DNA from: Elusimicrobiota bacterium
GTDB taxonomy: Bacteria > Elusimicrobiota > Elusimicrobia > UBA1565
DNA: 64,000 bases
Assembly (NCBI GenBank): GCA_016218495.1
Contig: JACRDU010000120.1
Span: 13,578 to 77,577, forward strand
Reading direction: 5' to 3'
Shown here: piece after piece, positions 39,747-48,395 of the stretch
Layout: each line of letters starts with the position of its first letter
How positions within the stretch are numbered: position 1 is the stretch's first letter
The notes under the pieces: model-generated
Databases searched by the model: none
The model's input: the letters and a program-made list of their open reading frames with translations, nothing else
What the model was told of the DNA's origin: nothing
Position numbers and translations under genes: made by a program

Positions 39747-40886
39747 ATGGGGAAGATTGTCAGACGCTTCCTGGACATCAGGCTCCCCCCCGGGAAATCC
39801 GCGTTCCTATGGGGGCCCCGCAAGGTCGGCAAGACCTTCTGGGTCCGGGAAATCCTCGGAGCCGAGACCGTCATCGACCTCCTGAAGACCGACCTCTTCG
39901 CCGAATTTGCGGCGAGGCCGGCGCTGCTGCGCGAGCGCTACGAAAGCCATAAGGGGCTAATCGTCATAGACGAGGTACAGAAGGTCCCGGCCCTGCTCGA
40001 TGAGGTGCATTGGCTCATCGAGAACCGGGGCCTGTCCTTCCTCCTGACTGGGTCCAGCGCTCGGAAACTCCGACGCGGACACGCGAACCTCCTGGGGGGG
40101 CGCGCCTGGCGCAGGACGATGCTCCCCCTCTCCGCCCTCGAAGTCTCGGGGTTCGAACTCGAGGCCGCCATGACGACCGGGATGCTGCCGCCGCACTTCC
40201 TCTCCCCCTCGCCCCTGGAAGACCTTCGGGCCTATGTGGCCGATTACCTCAAAGAGGAAATCGCCGCAGAGGCTCTGGTGCGGGACATCCCCGCCTTCTC
40301 GGAGTTCTTGAGGGTCGCAGCTCTTACCTCCAGCGAGCTCCTGAACTACACGAACGTCGCCCGCGAGACCGGGGTCTCCCCGAAGGTCGTGCGCACCTAC
40401 TTCGACATCCTCGAAGAGACCCATCTGGGTTCCCGGGTCCCGCCTTGGCGCAAGTCCCGCTCCCGGCGCATGATTTTGGCCGAGAAGTTCTACCTCTTCG
40501 ACGTCGGAGTGGCGAATTTCCTTGCCAAACGCCAACCGAGGCTGGGAAGCTCGGAGTTCGGGAAATCCTTCGAACACTTCATCCTGATGGAACTGAAGGC
40601 CTTCCAGAGCTACCGCGAACCCGATATGCCCATCTCCTTCTGGCGCTCTGCCGGCGGGGTCGAGATGGACTTCCTGCTCGGCGACAAGGACGTGGCGTTG
40701 GAGGTCAAGGGTTCGCCGCGGGTCCATGACGTCGACCTGCGTCCATTCTCGGCATTGCTGGAAGACGGGCCGGTCCGCCGGAAGCTGGTCGTCAGCCTGG
40801 AACGGCAGCCGCGGAGGGTGGGCGGGGTGGAGATCCTGCCGTGGCAGGTGTTCCTTGAACGGCTTTGGGGTGGAGACCTGCTCTAG
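39747..40886 (+). CDS. AAA+ ATPase of the AAA_14/DUF4143 family
   Basis: Walker A GPRKVGKT, Walker B LIVIDEV, and a C-terminal DUF4143-like region (FYLFDVG...E.DFLL). Local GC is visibly lower than the flanks. Confidence 0.75.
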   Translation: MGKIVRRFLDIRLPPGKSAFLWGPRKVGKTFWVREILGAETVIDLLKTDLFAEFAARPALLRERYESHKGLIVIDEVQKVPALLDEVHWLIENRGLSFLLTGSSARKLRRGHANLLGGRAWRRTMLPLSALEVSGFELEAAMTTGMLPPHFLSPSPLEDLRAYVADYLKEEIAAEALVRDIPAFSEFLRVAALTSSELLNYTNVARETGVSPKVVRTYFDILEETHLGSRVPPWRKSRSRRMILAEKFYLFDVGVANFLAKRQPRLGSSEFGKSFEHFILMELKAFQSYREPDMPISFWRSAGGVEMDFLLGDKDVALEVKGSPRVHDVDLRPFSALLEDGPVRRKLVVSLERQPRRVGGVEILPWQVFLERLWGGDLL

Positions 40887-41335
40887 GCGGGACGCAAGCG
40901 ACGCAGCCCTTCGTACAGGACGATTCCCGCCGCCGTCGATAGATTCAGGGACCTGATTTCTCCGTTCTGGGGGATGCGGTAGAGGCGGGTGCGGTTGGCC
41001 TCCCTCAATCCCGCCGGCAGTCCCGTTGATTCCCGGCCGAAGACCAGATAGCTCCCTTCCGAGAACGGCGCGTCCCAAAACTCTTTGTCGGCCTCGCTGG
41101 AGAAGTACAGCAGGTCCGCCCCGGCGGGCAGGGCGGTTTCGAACTCCCCCCATCCTTTATAGAGCCGTAGGTCGACTTTGGGCCAGTAATCCAGGCCGGC
41201 GCGGCGGACTTCCTTCTCGTCCAGGGAGAAGCCCAGGGGGCCTACCAGGTGGAGGGTGGTGCCCGTGCCTACGCAGGTGCGCCCGATGTTGCCCGTGTTC
41301 CAATGGATTTCGGGCTCGACCAGGACGATGTGCAT
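40883..41335 (-). CDS. trmL: tRNA (cytidine/uridine-2'-O)-methyltransferase TrmL (SpoU-TrmH family)
   Basis: 150 aa from MHIVLVEPEIHWNTGNIGRTC. SPOUT motifs LVFGRESTGLP and IRSLNLSTAAGIVLYE. Its stop overlaps the ATPase stop on the opposite strand. Confidence 0.8.
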   Translation of the reverse strand: MHIVLVEPEIHWNTGNIGRTCVGTGTTLHLVGPLGFSLDEKEVRRAGLDYWPKVDLRLYKGWGEFETALPAGADLLYFSSEADKEFWDAPFSEGSYLVFGRESTGLPAGLREANRTRLYRIPQNGEIRSLNLSTAAGIVLYEGLRRLRPA

Positions 41336-41349
41336 GGCGGGGCCGGAGC

Positions 41350-43782
41350 TCAGTGGCCGATGCAGATGTAATCGATGGTGTCGCCAGTGGCGTAGGCTCC
41401 GGAATCGACCGTGAGGGTGGTCAACGCCGTCGCGCTGACGACCGAACGGGCATTGCTGACCGACGCGACGCAGGTCGGGATGCTGACGAATGCCGTATTG
41501 AAGGTGAGGATGCAGCTCAGGACCGGCGGAGTCGCCCCGATGGTGATGCGCCCCGCCACGTCGGATGACCCGGCGCTCAGCGCGGCTCCCGTCCCGCAAG
41601 CCGTGAGGGTCGGCGCGGTCCCGGTCGTGAGGATCTTCCCGTTGCTCCCGATGGACACCCCCGTGACGGTAACGATGCCGGCGGAGAAGTTGCCGCTGGC
41701 GTTTCGCGCCACGATGGCGTTGGCCGTATTGGCCGTGGCGGCCGAGTGGGCACTCGTGCCGGTCAGAGCTTCATGCGTGTCCAGCTCCGCCTGGGTCGCC
41801 ACGTCATAGCAGCTCTCGACAGCTCCCGCGGTGTCCACGCCCAGGGGGGCGTTCCCGGCGCCGCAGTTGGCTCCGTTGGCCGCCAGAGCTCCCGCCGTGC
41901 CGCTGGCGTTCCCGGTCAGGTTCGCCGTGATGGTTCCCGCTGAGAAGTTGCCCGAGGCGTCCCGCATCACGATGCGCGAAGCCGTATTAAGGTTCGTCGC
42001 GCTGTGGACGCTAGTGGCCGTGGTGTGAGCGTCGAGTTCCGCCTGAGTCCCGACATCGAAGCAGCTCTCCACCGCCCCCGCGGTGTCCACTCCCAAAGGG
42101 GCGTTCCCGGCCCCGCAGTTGGCCCCGTTGGCCGCCAGAGCTCCCGCCGTGCCGCTGGCGTTCCCAGTCAGGTTTGCCGTGATGGTCCCGGCGGAGAAGT
42201 TGCCCGAGGCGTCCCGCATCACGATGCGCGAAGCCGTATTAAGGTTCGTCGCGCTGTGGACGCTGGTGGCGGTGGTATGGGCGTCCACCTCCGTTTGGGT
42301 CCCCACGTCGAGGCAGCTTTCAGCAGCGCCGAAGGTATCGACCCCGAGTGGGACCGTGCCCGCCGCGCAGTTCGCGCCGTTATTGAGGAGCTCGGTGGCT
42401 GTGGCGGCGTTGCCGGTGATGGTCCCGGTCACGTTCGCGTTGATGTTGTTGGCGGAGAAGTTCCCGGAGGCGTCGCGCATGACGATACGCGAGGCCGTAT
42501 TGGCGCTGGTGGCGCTGTGTGCGGTGGTCGCATTAGTGTGCGCGTCCAACTCCACCTGCGTCCCGACGTCGAAGCAGCTCTCCACCGCCCCGGCGGCGTC
42601 CACGCCCAGCGGCGCGTCGCCGGTGGCGCAGTTCCCGCCGTTGGCGGTCAGGGCCGCCGCCGTGCCGTTGGCGTTCCCCGTGCCGCCCTGCGCGGCGGCC
42701 AACGGCGCCACCAAGGTCAGCACGCCGGTGGCCGAGAAGGTGCTGCGCGTCCCCCCGGAGCCGAACGCCGCCGAACCGACCACGTCCAGCTTGGTCTGGG
42801 GCGTGTTCGTCCCCAGCCCGGTGCTGTCCCCGATGGTGGTCAGGCGCACCACTCCGGGGGTCGCCGTCCAGCCGGTGGACGACACCACCACCGTGTCCAC
42901 ATACTGCTTGGTCGCCGCCTCGCTGGTGCTGGCCGGGCTGGGCAGGCCGGTGATGCGCCCGACCCCGGAGAGCACGATGTTGGCTCCGGAAGCCATGGTC
43001 AGCACCCCGGCCGTCGAGAAGCCGCTCTTGGTGCCGATCGAGCCGAAGTCGGCGGCGCCGTGCACGGTCAAAGAGGAGGCGTTCACGGTCAGCGGCCCCG
43101 TCATCCCGTCGCCCGCCTTGCGCACGATGCCCGTCAATGTCGTGCCGTCGCCGACATAGGAGTTCGCGCTGACGCGGCCGTTGCCGTCGATGGCGGCCAG
43201 GGTCACGCCTCCCGTGGAGACCACCAGGATGTTCCCCGTCTCGCCCGTCCCGCTCGACACCGTCAGGCGCGCCACCGGCGCGTTCGTGCCGATGCCCACC
43301 CGCCCCGAGACCGAGGAGATGGCCAGCGCGTCGCCTATGGGGGTCGTGAACGTCAACCCGGAATTGGAGACCTCGATCGTGCCTTCCACCGTCTCCGCCA
43401 CCTTGGCGTAGGGCACGCTCCGGATGGGGTCTCGGGGGGACAGCGTGATGCCCTCCACGTCGATCTCGATGTACTTCTGGGAGGTGCCGGTCAGGGCGGT
43501 GAACGGGATGTCGAGCGAGACGGCGAACAGACCCTGCACCACGCTGACGCTGAGGTTGCCGCTGTCGTAGGTCTTGTTGCCGCCGGTTTCCGCGTCGTAG
43601 AGGCGGAAGATCATCACCTTGCTGCCGGTGACGGGGAAGCCGTCCTTTTCCAGACGCCCCTGGTAGTTCATGCCGGCGGGGACGGAATCCACGGGAGCGG
43701 TGGCCATGGGCTTGAACCCCTGCGCCAGCAGGGCGGCCGGGAAGGCCGCCAGGAACGCGAGAACCAGGAATATTCGCCGCAT
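41350..43782 (-). CDS. secreted phage-tail-fibre-like repeat protein (signal peptide; MTGPL...ATKQYVD tail-fibre N-domain motif; four ~84-aa tandem repeats each with two Cys)
   Basis: 810 aa with a Sec signal (MRRIFLVLAFLAAFPAALLAQG). Gly/Thr/Ser/Ala-rich beta-type composition. Repeat units contain ANCGAGNAPLGVDTAGAVESC...ELDAHTTATSVHSATNLNTASRIVMRDASGNFSA. Confidence 0.7.
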   Translation of the reverse strand: MRRIFLVLAFLAAFPAALLAQGFKPMATAPVDSVPAGMNYQGRLEKDGFPVTGSKVMIFRLYDAETGGNKTYDSGNLSVSVVQGLFAVSLDIPFTALTGTSQKYIEIDVEGITLSPRDPIRSVPYAKVAETVEGTIEVSNSGLTFTTPIGDALAISSVSGRVGIGTNAPVARLTVSSGTGETGNILVVSTGGVTLAAIDGNGRVSANSYVGDGTTLTGIVRKAGDGMTGPLTVNASSLTVHGAADFGSIGTKSGFSTAGVLTMASGANIVLSGVGRITGLPSPASTSEAATKQYVDTVVVSSTGWTATPGVVRLTTIGDSTGLGTNTPQTKLDVVGSAAFGSGGTRSTFSATGVLTLVAPLAAAQGGTGNANGTAAALTANGGNCATGDAPLGVDAAGAVESCFDVGTQVELDAHTNATTAHSATSANTASRIVMRDASGNFSANNINANVTGTITGNAATATELLNNGANCAAGTVPLGVDTFGAAESCLDVGTQTEVDAHTTATSVHSATNLNTASRIVMRDASGNFSAGTITANLTGNASGTAGALAANGANCGAGNAPLGVDTAGAVESCFDVGTQAELDAHTTATSVHSATNLNTASRIVMRDASGNFSAGTITANLTGNASGTAGALAANGANCGAGNAPLGVDTAGAVESCYDVATQAELDTHEALTGTSAHSAATANTANAIVARNASGNFSAGIVTVTGVSIGSNGKILTTGTAPTLTACGTGAALSAGSSDVAGRITIGATPPVLSCILTFNTAFVSIPTCVASVSNARSVVSATALTTLTVDSGAYATGDTIDYICIGH
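41650..42670. repeat. about four tandem copies of a ~252-bp coding repeat inside the tail-fibre-like gene (coordinates approximate)
   Basis: The 41831..42028 and 42083..43159 plus-strand ORF translations start identically. DNA segments 41850-42000 and 42100-42250 are near-identical, with older copies more diverged. Confidence 0.7.
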
Positions 43783-43790
43783 GACTCCTC

Positions 43791-44807
43791 CTAATACCTG
43801 ATCAAATGGTGGAACTTAGGGGCCCTACGGTCCACCCCTTCCCGGCGCTCGGCTTTCGGCGTGCCGAAGCGCAGGGTCAGCGAGACCCGATGCGTGTGCT
43901 CCAGCCGCCCGTATTCGACGAAGGCGTAATCGAGCCCGATCTCCGGCCAGCGGTCGCTGGTGAAGCCCTTTTCCAGCGAGCGGAAGCCGATGCCGGCGGC
44001 CAGCCCCAAGCCCGTGTCCTGGTTCTGCCGCCACCCGATGCGGATGCCGAATTCGTCGACGGGCCGGAACTCCGTCCCGAAGGCGGCATAGGGGTTCCGG
44101 TCGTTCGTGCCGACCGCCTCGGCCGTGAACATCCAGCTGGCGTCGGTCCAGAGCGGCGCGGCGGAGCCGCGGTAGGACAGCCCGACGGTGCCGGTCAGCG
44201 GCAGCGGGAAAGCCTCGGAGATGAACCGTACCTCGGTGCCGACGTTGCGGACCGAGGCGCCCAGCCTCCAGCCGGTCGCCTCGTCCTGACGGTAGAGCAG
44301 CCCCGCGTCGATGGCCGCGGAGTCGGCGCTGTAGCCGGCCAGCCGAGAATTGATGAACTTGAAGGACCCGCCCAGGGCCAGGCCGTCGATGCCCGGGAAT
44401 TCGAAGGCCCAGGCGGCCGCGCCCGCGAAATCGGACGCCCCCACTTTGCCGTTGGGCTGGTCCTGCGCCGTATAGGAGTCGAACGCCTCCACGCTCAGCA
44501 TGGTGAACGCCCCGGCGAAGGTCCCGAACTTGGCGCTGGGGAACGCATACCCGCCCCATTGCTGGCTCACGCCCTTGAAGAACTTGTTGTGCATCAGCGT
44601 CACTTCCTGACGCTCCAGGAAGGCCAGGCCGGCGGGGTTGTAGTAGACGGCGTTCACATCCTCGGCCACGGCGGTATAGGCCTCTCCGAGGGAGACCGGC
44701 CGCGCGCCCACGCCGATTTTCAGGAAATTGGCCGCCGTGGAGCCAGGCCCCGCCGCGGCGGGGGAGGCCGCCAGGAGGAGGATGGCTGCCAAGGCGGCCC
44801 GGGCCAC
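43791..44807 (-). CDS. PorV/PorQ-like (UPF0164-type) outer-membrane beta-barrel protein
   Basis: GTG start. Signal peptide, then GSTAANFLKIGVGARPVSLGEAYTAVAEDVNAVYYNPAGLAFL, characteristic of this family. Ends in an aromatic residue (IRY). Confidence 0.6.
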   Translation of the reverse strand: MARAALAAILLLAASPAAAGPGSTAANFLKIGVGARPVSLGEAYTAVAEDVNAVYYNPAGLAFLERQEVTLMHNKFFKGVSQQWGGYAFPSAKFGTFAGAFTMLSVEAFDSYTAQDQPNGKVGASDFAGAAAWAFEFPGIDGLALGGSFKFINSRLAGYSADSAAIDAGLLYRQDEATGWRLGASVRNVGTEVRFISEAFPLPLTGTVGLSYRGSAAPLWTDASWMFTAEAVGTNDRNPYAAFGTEFRPVDEFGIRIGWRQNQDTGLGLAAGIGFRSLEKGFTSDRWPEIGLDYAFVEYGRLEHTHRVSLTLRFGTPKAERREGVDRRAPKFHHLIRY

Positions 44808-45343
44808 TATTTGATCACCATCAGCTTGCCCGACGCGGTCTTACCGTCGGTGGACTGGATGTGGTAGAGGTAGACCCCGCTGGCCAGGGGCTCACCCTGC
44901 TCGTTGGCCACCGGCGTCCACGGCATCCGGTCCGAGACCGCTGAGTCCTTATTGATGGTCTTGACCAGCTCGCCCGACAGGGTGTAGATGCGTATCGTCA
45001 CCCGCGCGGTAAGCCTCGTGAAGATGATCTTGTCATGGCCCTGCGTGGGGATGAACGGGACAGGGTAGGGGTGGGCGGCGCTCAGGTCCTCGGCGGCGGG
45101 CCTCTGCGACGCGACGATGCCGGGGCTCAGGGAGAAGCCCCCCCCGGACATCTTCGTGGCCGATGGGCCTCCCATCGAACCGGCGGCGGCGTAGCCGCCC
45201 CCGGTGGCGGTCACCCCCCCTCCCGACGTCATCCCGGAGTTGGGGACGTGGAACCCGCCGCCCGCGGGGCCGGCGGCGGCGGGGCCGGAAAGGCAGACGG
45301 CCGCCCCCAGGAACAGGGCCAGGTACGCGTACGGGGCTCTCAT
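44807..45343 (-). CDS. small Gly-rich secreted protein with a type IX secretion C-terminal sorting domain
   Basis: 178 aa. Signal peptide MRAPYAYLALFLGAAVCLSG. C-terminal ~75 aa (VTIRIYTLSGELVKTIN...GVYLYHIQSTDGKTASGKLMVIK) match the T9SS CTD pattern. 1-nt overlap with the downstream PorV-like gene. Confidence 0.7.
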   Translation of the reverse strand: MRAPYAYLALFLGAAVCLSGPAAAGPAGGGFHVPNSGMTSGGGVTATGGGYAAAGSMGGPSATKMSGGGFSLSPGIVASQRPAAEDLSAAHPYPVPFIPTQGHDKIIFTRLTARVTIRIYTLSGELVKTINKDSAVSDRMPWTPVANEQGEPLASGVYLYHIQSTDGKTASGKLMVIK

Positions 45344-45416
45344 CCTATTAGGGTGACGGGATGCCGTTAATAAATCAAGTCCAAACGGGGTGAGATTGGG
45401 CAAGGCCGGGGGGTGG

Positions 45417-45422
45417 TATAAT
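45417..45422 (+). promoter_or_regulatory. TATAAT -10 box 11 nt upstream of the ispG ATG (short-leader or leaderless), in an AT-rich divergent intergenic region
   Basis: ggtggTATAATatgggcccttcATG, with a TTGGGC -35-like hexamer about 16 nt upstream. Confidence 0.35.
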
Positions 45423-45433
45423 ATGGGCCCTTC

Positions 45434-47443
45434 ATGACACCCGCCACGGCCGACGCCGGCCTGCGTCATACCCCCGACCTGTTCTTCCGCCGCCGCCGCC
45501 TGACCAGGGCGGTCCCGGTGGGCCGCGTCCTCGTGGGGGGCGCTCATCCGCTGGTCTTCCAATCCATGACGACGACCGACACCATGGACACGGAGAAGAC
45601 CGTCGCCCAGTCCATCCGGATGGTGGAGGCCGGCTGCCAGATCGTCCGCATCACCACCCCCACCGTGGACGACGCCCGCAACCTCGAAGCCATCAAGAAG
45701 GGATTGCTGGCTCGCGGGGTGGACGTGCCCCTGGCGGCCGACGTGCATTTCAAGCCCGACGCCGCGATGACGGCCGCCGAGTTCGCCGAGAAGGTCCGCA
45801 TCAACCCGGGCAACTTCGTCGACGGGAAGCGCTTCCTTTCGCGCGACTACACCGACGCCGAATACGCCGCCGAGCTCGAACGCATCGAGGCCCGCTTCAC
45901 CCCCCTGGTCGAGAAGCTCAAGCGCCTCAAACGCGCTCTGCGCATCGGCACGAACCACGGGTCGCTCTCCGACCGCATCATGAACCGCTACGGGGACTCG
46001 CCGCTGGGCATGGTCGAATCCGCGCTGGAATACGTCCGCGTCTGCGAGAAGAACGGCTACCGCGACATCATCCTGTCGATGAAGGCCTCCAACCCCAAGG
46101 TCATGGTCGCCGCCTATCGCCTGCTGGCGGCCCGGATGGCCTCCCTGGGGATGGACTATCCCTTCCACCTCGGGGTCACCGAGGCGGGAGACGGCGAGGA
46201 CGGCCGGATAAAGTCCGCCATCGGCATCGGAAGCCTGCTCGAGGACGGCATCGGGGACACCATCCGGGTGTCTCTGACTGAAGACCCCGAGTTCGAGATC
46301 CCGGTCTGCCGCGACCTCGCCGCCCGTTTCCAGCTCCCGGGGGCTCCCCCCCCTCATCAGAGCGCCGACCTGACCGATTGCGCCGACCCGTTCTCCTACT
46401 CCCGCCGGGAGACCGACTCGATCCGGGTCGGGCCCTTCCGCCTGGGCGGCGAACATCCCGTCCGCGTCGTGACCCCGTGGCCCCGCTCCGGGCGTACGGA
46501 CCCCGGCGCCGACGTCCTTGCGCTGCTCGAGCGCCAGCTCAAGGCCCCCACCACCCTCGAGCCGGAGATACTCGGCTGGGCCGTCTCCGAGCAGGCCGAC
46601 GTCGACGCCTTGGCCGCCGCCCGCGCCCTCCTCGCCGTGGAGACCTCCCGCCTCGCCTTCCTGGTGCGTCCGATGTCGGCCGACGCCCCCTGGCGCGCGG
46701 CCCTGGCCCACGCCGACGCCTTCGTCTGGGTGGAAGGCCTGCCGGAGTCCGAGGTCGTCGCCGAGGCCAAGGCCCGCCCGCTCACGGTCGTGGTCGAGGC
46801 CCGCGAGCCGCGCGACGCGGCCCTGCGGGCCGCCCGCCTGGCCGCGGAAGGCATCCGCTGCGCCGCCTCCCTGACCGCGCCGAAGGCGACGCCCCGCCTG
46901 CACGACTACCGCCTGCTGGCCGCCCTGCTCCGGGACGCCGCCCTGAAGGTGCCCATCCACATCTCGGCGCCGCGCTGGGACCGTCCCGAAGACCAGGTCC
47001 TCGAGTCGGCCGTCCTGCTCGGAGGGCTGCTCTGCGACGGGGTGGGCGACAGCGTGGAGATCCTGAGCACCTTGGACGCGGAACGCAACCTCCAGCTCGT
47101 GTACAACACCCTGCAGGGGGCCGGGGTCCGCATCACCAAGACCGAGTACGTCTCCTGCCCCTCCTGCGGACGCACCCTCTTCGACCTGCAGGAGACGACG
47201 GAGCGCATCAAGCGCCAGACCGGGCACCTCAAGGGCGTCAAGATCGCCATCATGGGGTGCATCGTCAACGGCCCCGGCGAGATGGCGGACGCGGACTTCG
47301 GCTATGTGGGCGGCGCGCCGGACATGATCAATCTCTACGTGGGCAAGGAATGCGTGAAGAAGGGCATCCCCACCCCCCAGGCGGACCGGGCCCTGATCGA
47401 GCTGATCAAGGCCCACGGCAAATGGCAGGAACCCAAAGCGTGA
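45434..47443 (+). CDS. ispG: 4-hydroxy-3-methylbut-2-en-1-yl diphosphate synthase, long form with inserted A* domain
   Basis: 669 aa. N-terminal TIM-barrel with VQSMT. A large insertion. C-terminal 4Fe-4S domain (CPSCGRT...GC). Confidence 0.9.
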   Translation: MTPATADAGLRHTPDLFFRRRRLTRAVPVGRVLVGGAHPLVFQSMTTTDTMDTEKTVAQSIRMVEAGCQIVRITTPTVDDARNLEAIKKGLLARGVDVPLAADVHFKPDAAMTAAEFAEKVRINPGNFVDGKRFLSRDYTDAEYAAELERIEARFTPLVEKLKRLKRALRIGTNHGSLSDRIMNRYGDSPLGMVESALEYVRVCEKNGYRDIILSMKASNPKVMVAAYRLLAARMASLGMDYPFHLGVTEAGDGEDGRIKSAIGIGSLLEDGIGDTIRVSLTEDPEFEIPVCRDLAARFQLPGAPPPHQSADLTDCADPFSYSRRETDSIRVGPFRLGGEHPVRVVTPWPRSGRTDPGADVLALLERQLKAPTTLEPEILGWAVSEQADVDALAAARALLAVETSRLAFLVRPMSADAPWRAALAHADAFVWVEGLPESEVVAEAKARPLTVVVEAREPRDAALRAARLAAEGIRCAASLTAPKATPRLHDYRLLAALLRDAALKVPIHISAPRWDRPEDQVLESAVLLGGLLCDGVGDSVEILSTLDAERNLQLVYNTLQGAGVRITKTEYVSCPSCGRTLFDLQETTERIKRQTGHLKGVKIAIMGCIVNGPGEMADADFGYVGGAPDMINLYVGKECVKKGIPTPQADRALIELIKAHGKWQEPKA

Positions 47444-47451
47444 GGGACACC

Positions 47452-47772
47452 ATGGCGACAGAAACGACGACGGCGGTGGACGAGCTGCTGGCGGAGATCC
47501 TCGAGAAGAAGGCCGACGCGGCCCCCGTGCCCGAGACCGAGGAAGACGAAGATACCGACCTCGACAAGCTCAAGCAGCGCACGCCCCCCCGCGAAGGCAT
47601 CTGCCGGCGCTGCGGCGAGGACAAGCCCATCAACCGCCTGATGCTCTGCTACGTATGCTGGGTGAAGACGAACCTCGAAGAGACCGGTTGGCGCGAAGGC
47701 ATGCCGCATCCGTCCTGGTGCCATTGCGAGGCCCCCGGCGGCCACGCCGAGCGCCGGAGCGCCGGCAACTGA
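47452..47772 (+). CDS. small Cys-rich protein (acidic N-terminus, Zn-finger-like C-terminus), hypothetical
   Basis: GAGGGA RBS 5 nt upstream of the ATG. CRRCG...CYVCW...CHC cysteine pattern. Confidence 0.45.
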   Translation: MATETTTAVDELLAEILEKKADAAPVPETEEDEDTDLDKLKQRTPPREGICRRCGEDKPINRLMLCYVCWVKTNLEETGWREGMPHPSWCHCEAPGGHAERRSAGN

Positions 47773-48392
47773 CCCGGCTGAAGTCGGCCCTGGCCGCCGT
47801 CGGAGCGGCCTGCGTCCTCTTCCTGCTGACCTGGCCGCTGGGAGTGGCCTGGTGGCTGGACTTCTCCGACGAGCCCGCCCCCTCGGACTACCTCGTCGTG
47901 CTGGCCGGCGACTACGCGCGCCCGCACGCCGCCGCCGAGCTCTACAGGGCCCGCATCGCCCCCCAGGTCTGGCTGTGCCGCCCGATACGGCCTTGGGGAC
48001 AGGCCGAAGCCCAGCGCCTGGGTGTCAAGTTCCCCAACGAGGAGGAGCTCGACCGCGACATCCTCGTCAAGCGCGGGGTCCCGGAATCCGCCATCCATTT
48101 CTACGGCGACGGCGTCTCCAGCACCTTCCTGGAGGCCCAGGCGTTCAAGGCGGCGGCGCGCCCCGAGGGCAAGAAGGTCCTCGTGCTCACCTCCCGCTAC
48201 CACGCCCGCCGGGCGAAGATGATCTTCCGCAAGGTCCTGGCCGGCTCCGAGGTCAGGATGTTCGGCGCGGCCGACCCCGAATTCGACCGCCGCTGGTGGC
48301 GCAGCCGCAGCATGATGTACGCCGCCGTGCTGGAGACCGCCAAGGCCGCCTATTGGTTCGCCGGCGGCAACCTGCGCCGGGTCGCGCCCTAG
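47655..48392 (+). CDS. DUF218/YdcF-SanA-like membrane-anchored protein; true start uncertain
   Basis: The C-terminal ~200 aa has the DUF218 pattern (VVLAGDYARPHAA...TSRYHARRA). The listed ATG overlaps the previous gene by 118 nt and no canonical start lies nearer the TM helix, so a non-canonical start or local error is possible. Confidence 0.5.
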   Translation: MLGEDEPRRDRLARRHAASVLVPLRGPRRPRRAPERRQLTRLKSALAAVGAACVLFLLTWPLGVAWWLDFSDEPAPSDYLVVLAGDYARPHAAAELYRARIAPQVWLCRPIRPWGQAEAQRLGVKFPNEEELDRDILVKRGVPESAIHFYGDGVSSTFLEAQAFKAAARPEGKKVLVLTSRYHARRAKMIFRKVLAGSEVRMFGAADPEFDRRWWRSRSMMYAAVLETAKAAYWFAGGNLRRVAP

Positions 48393-48395
48393 CCG

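Noticed and set aside
41650-42670. Tandem ~252-bp direct repeats as a possible CRISPR, satellite or mobile array
   Set aside because: The repeats are in frame inside one long ORF, encode coherent protein repeats, and have no spacer architecture. They are coding tandem repeats.
43791-45343. Calling the locus a definitive T9SS cargo/shuttle system and assigning the organism to Bacteroidota or Gemmatimonadota
   Set aside because: The CTD and PorV-like patterns are recognisable by eye, but no core T9SS genes are in the window and phylum assignment from composition alone is unsafe. Stated as inference only.
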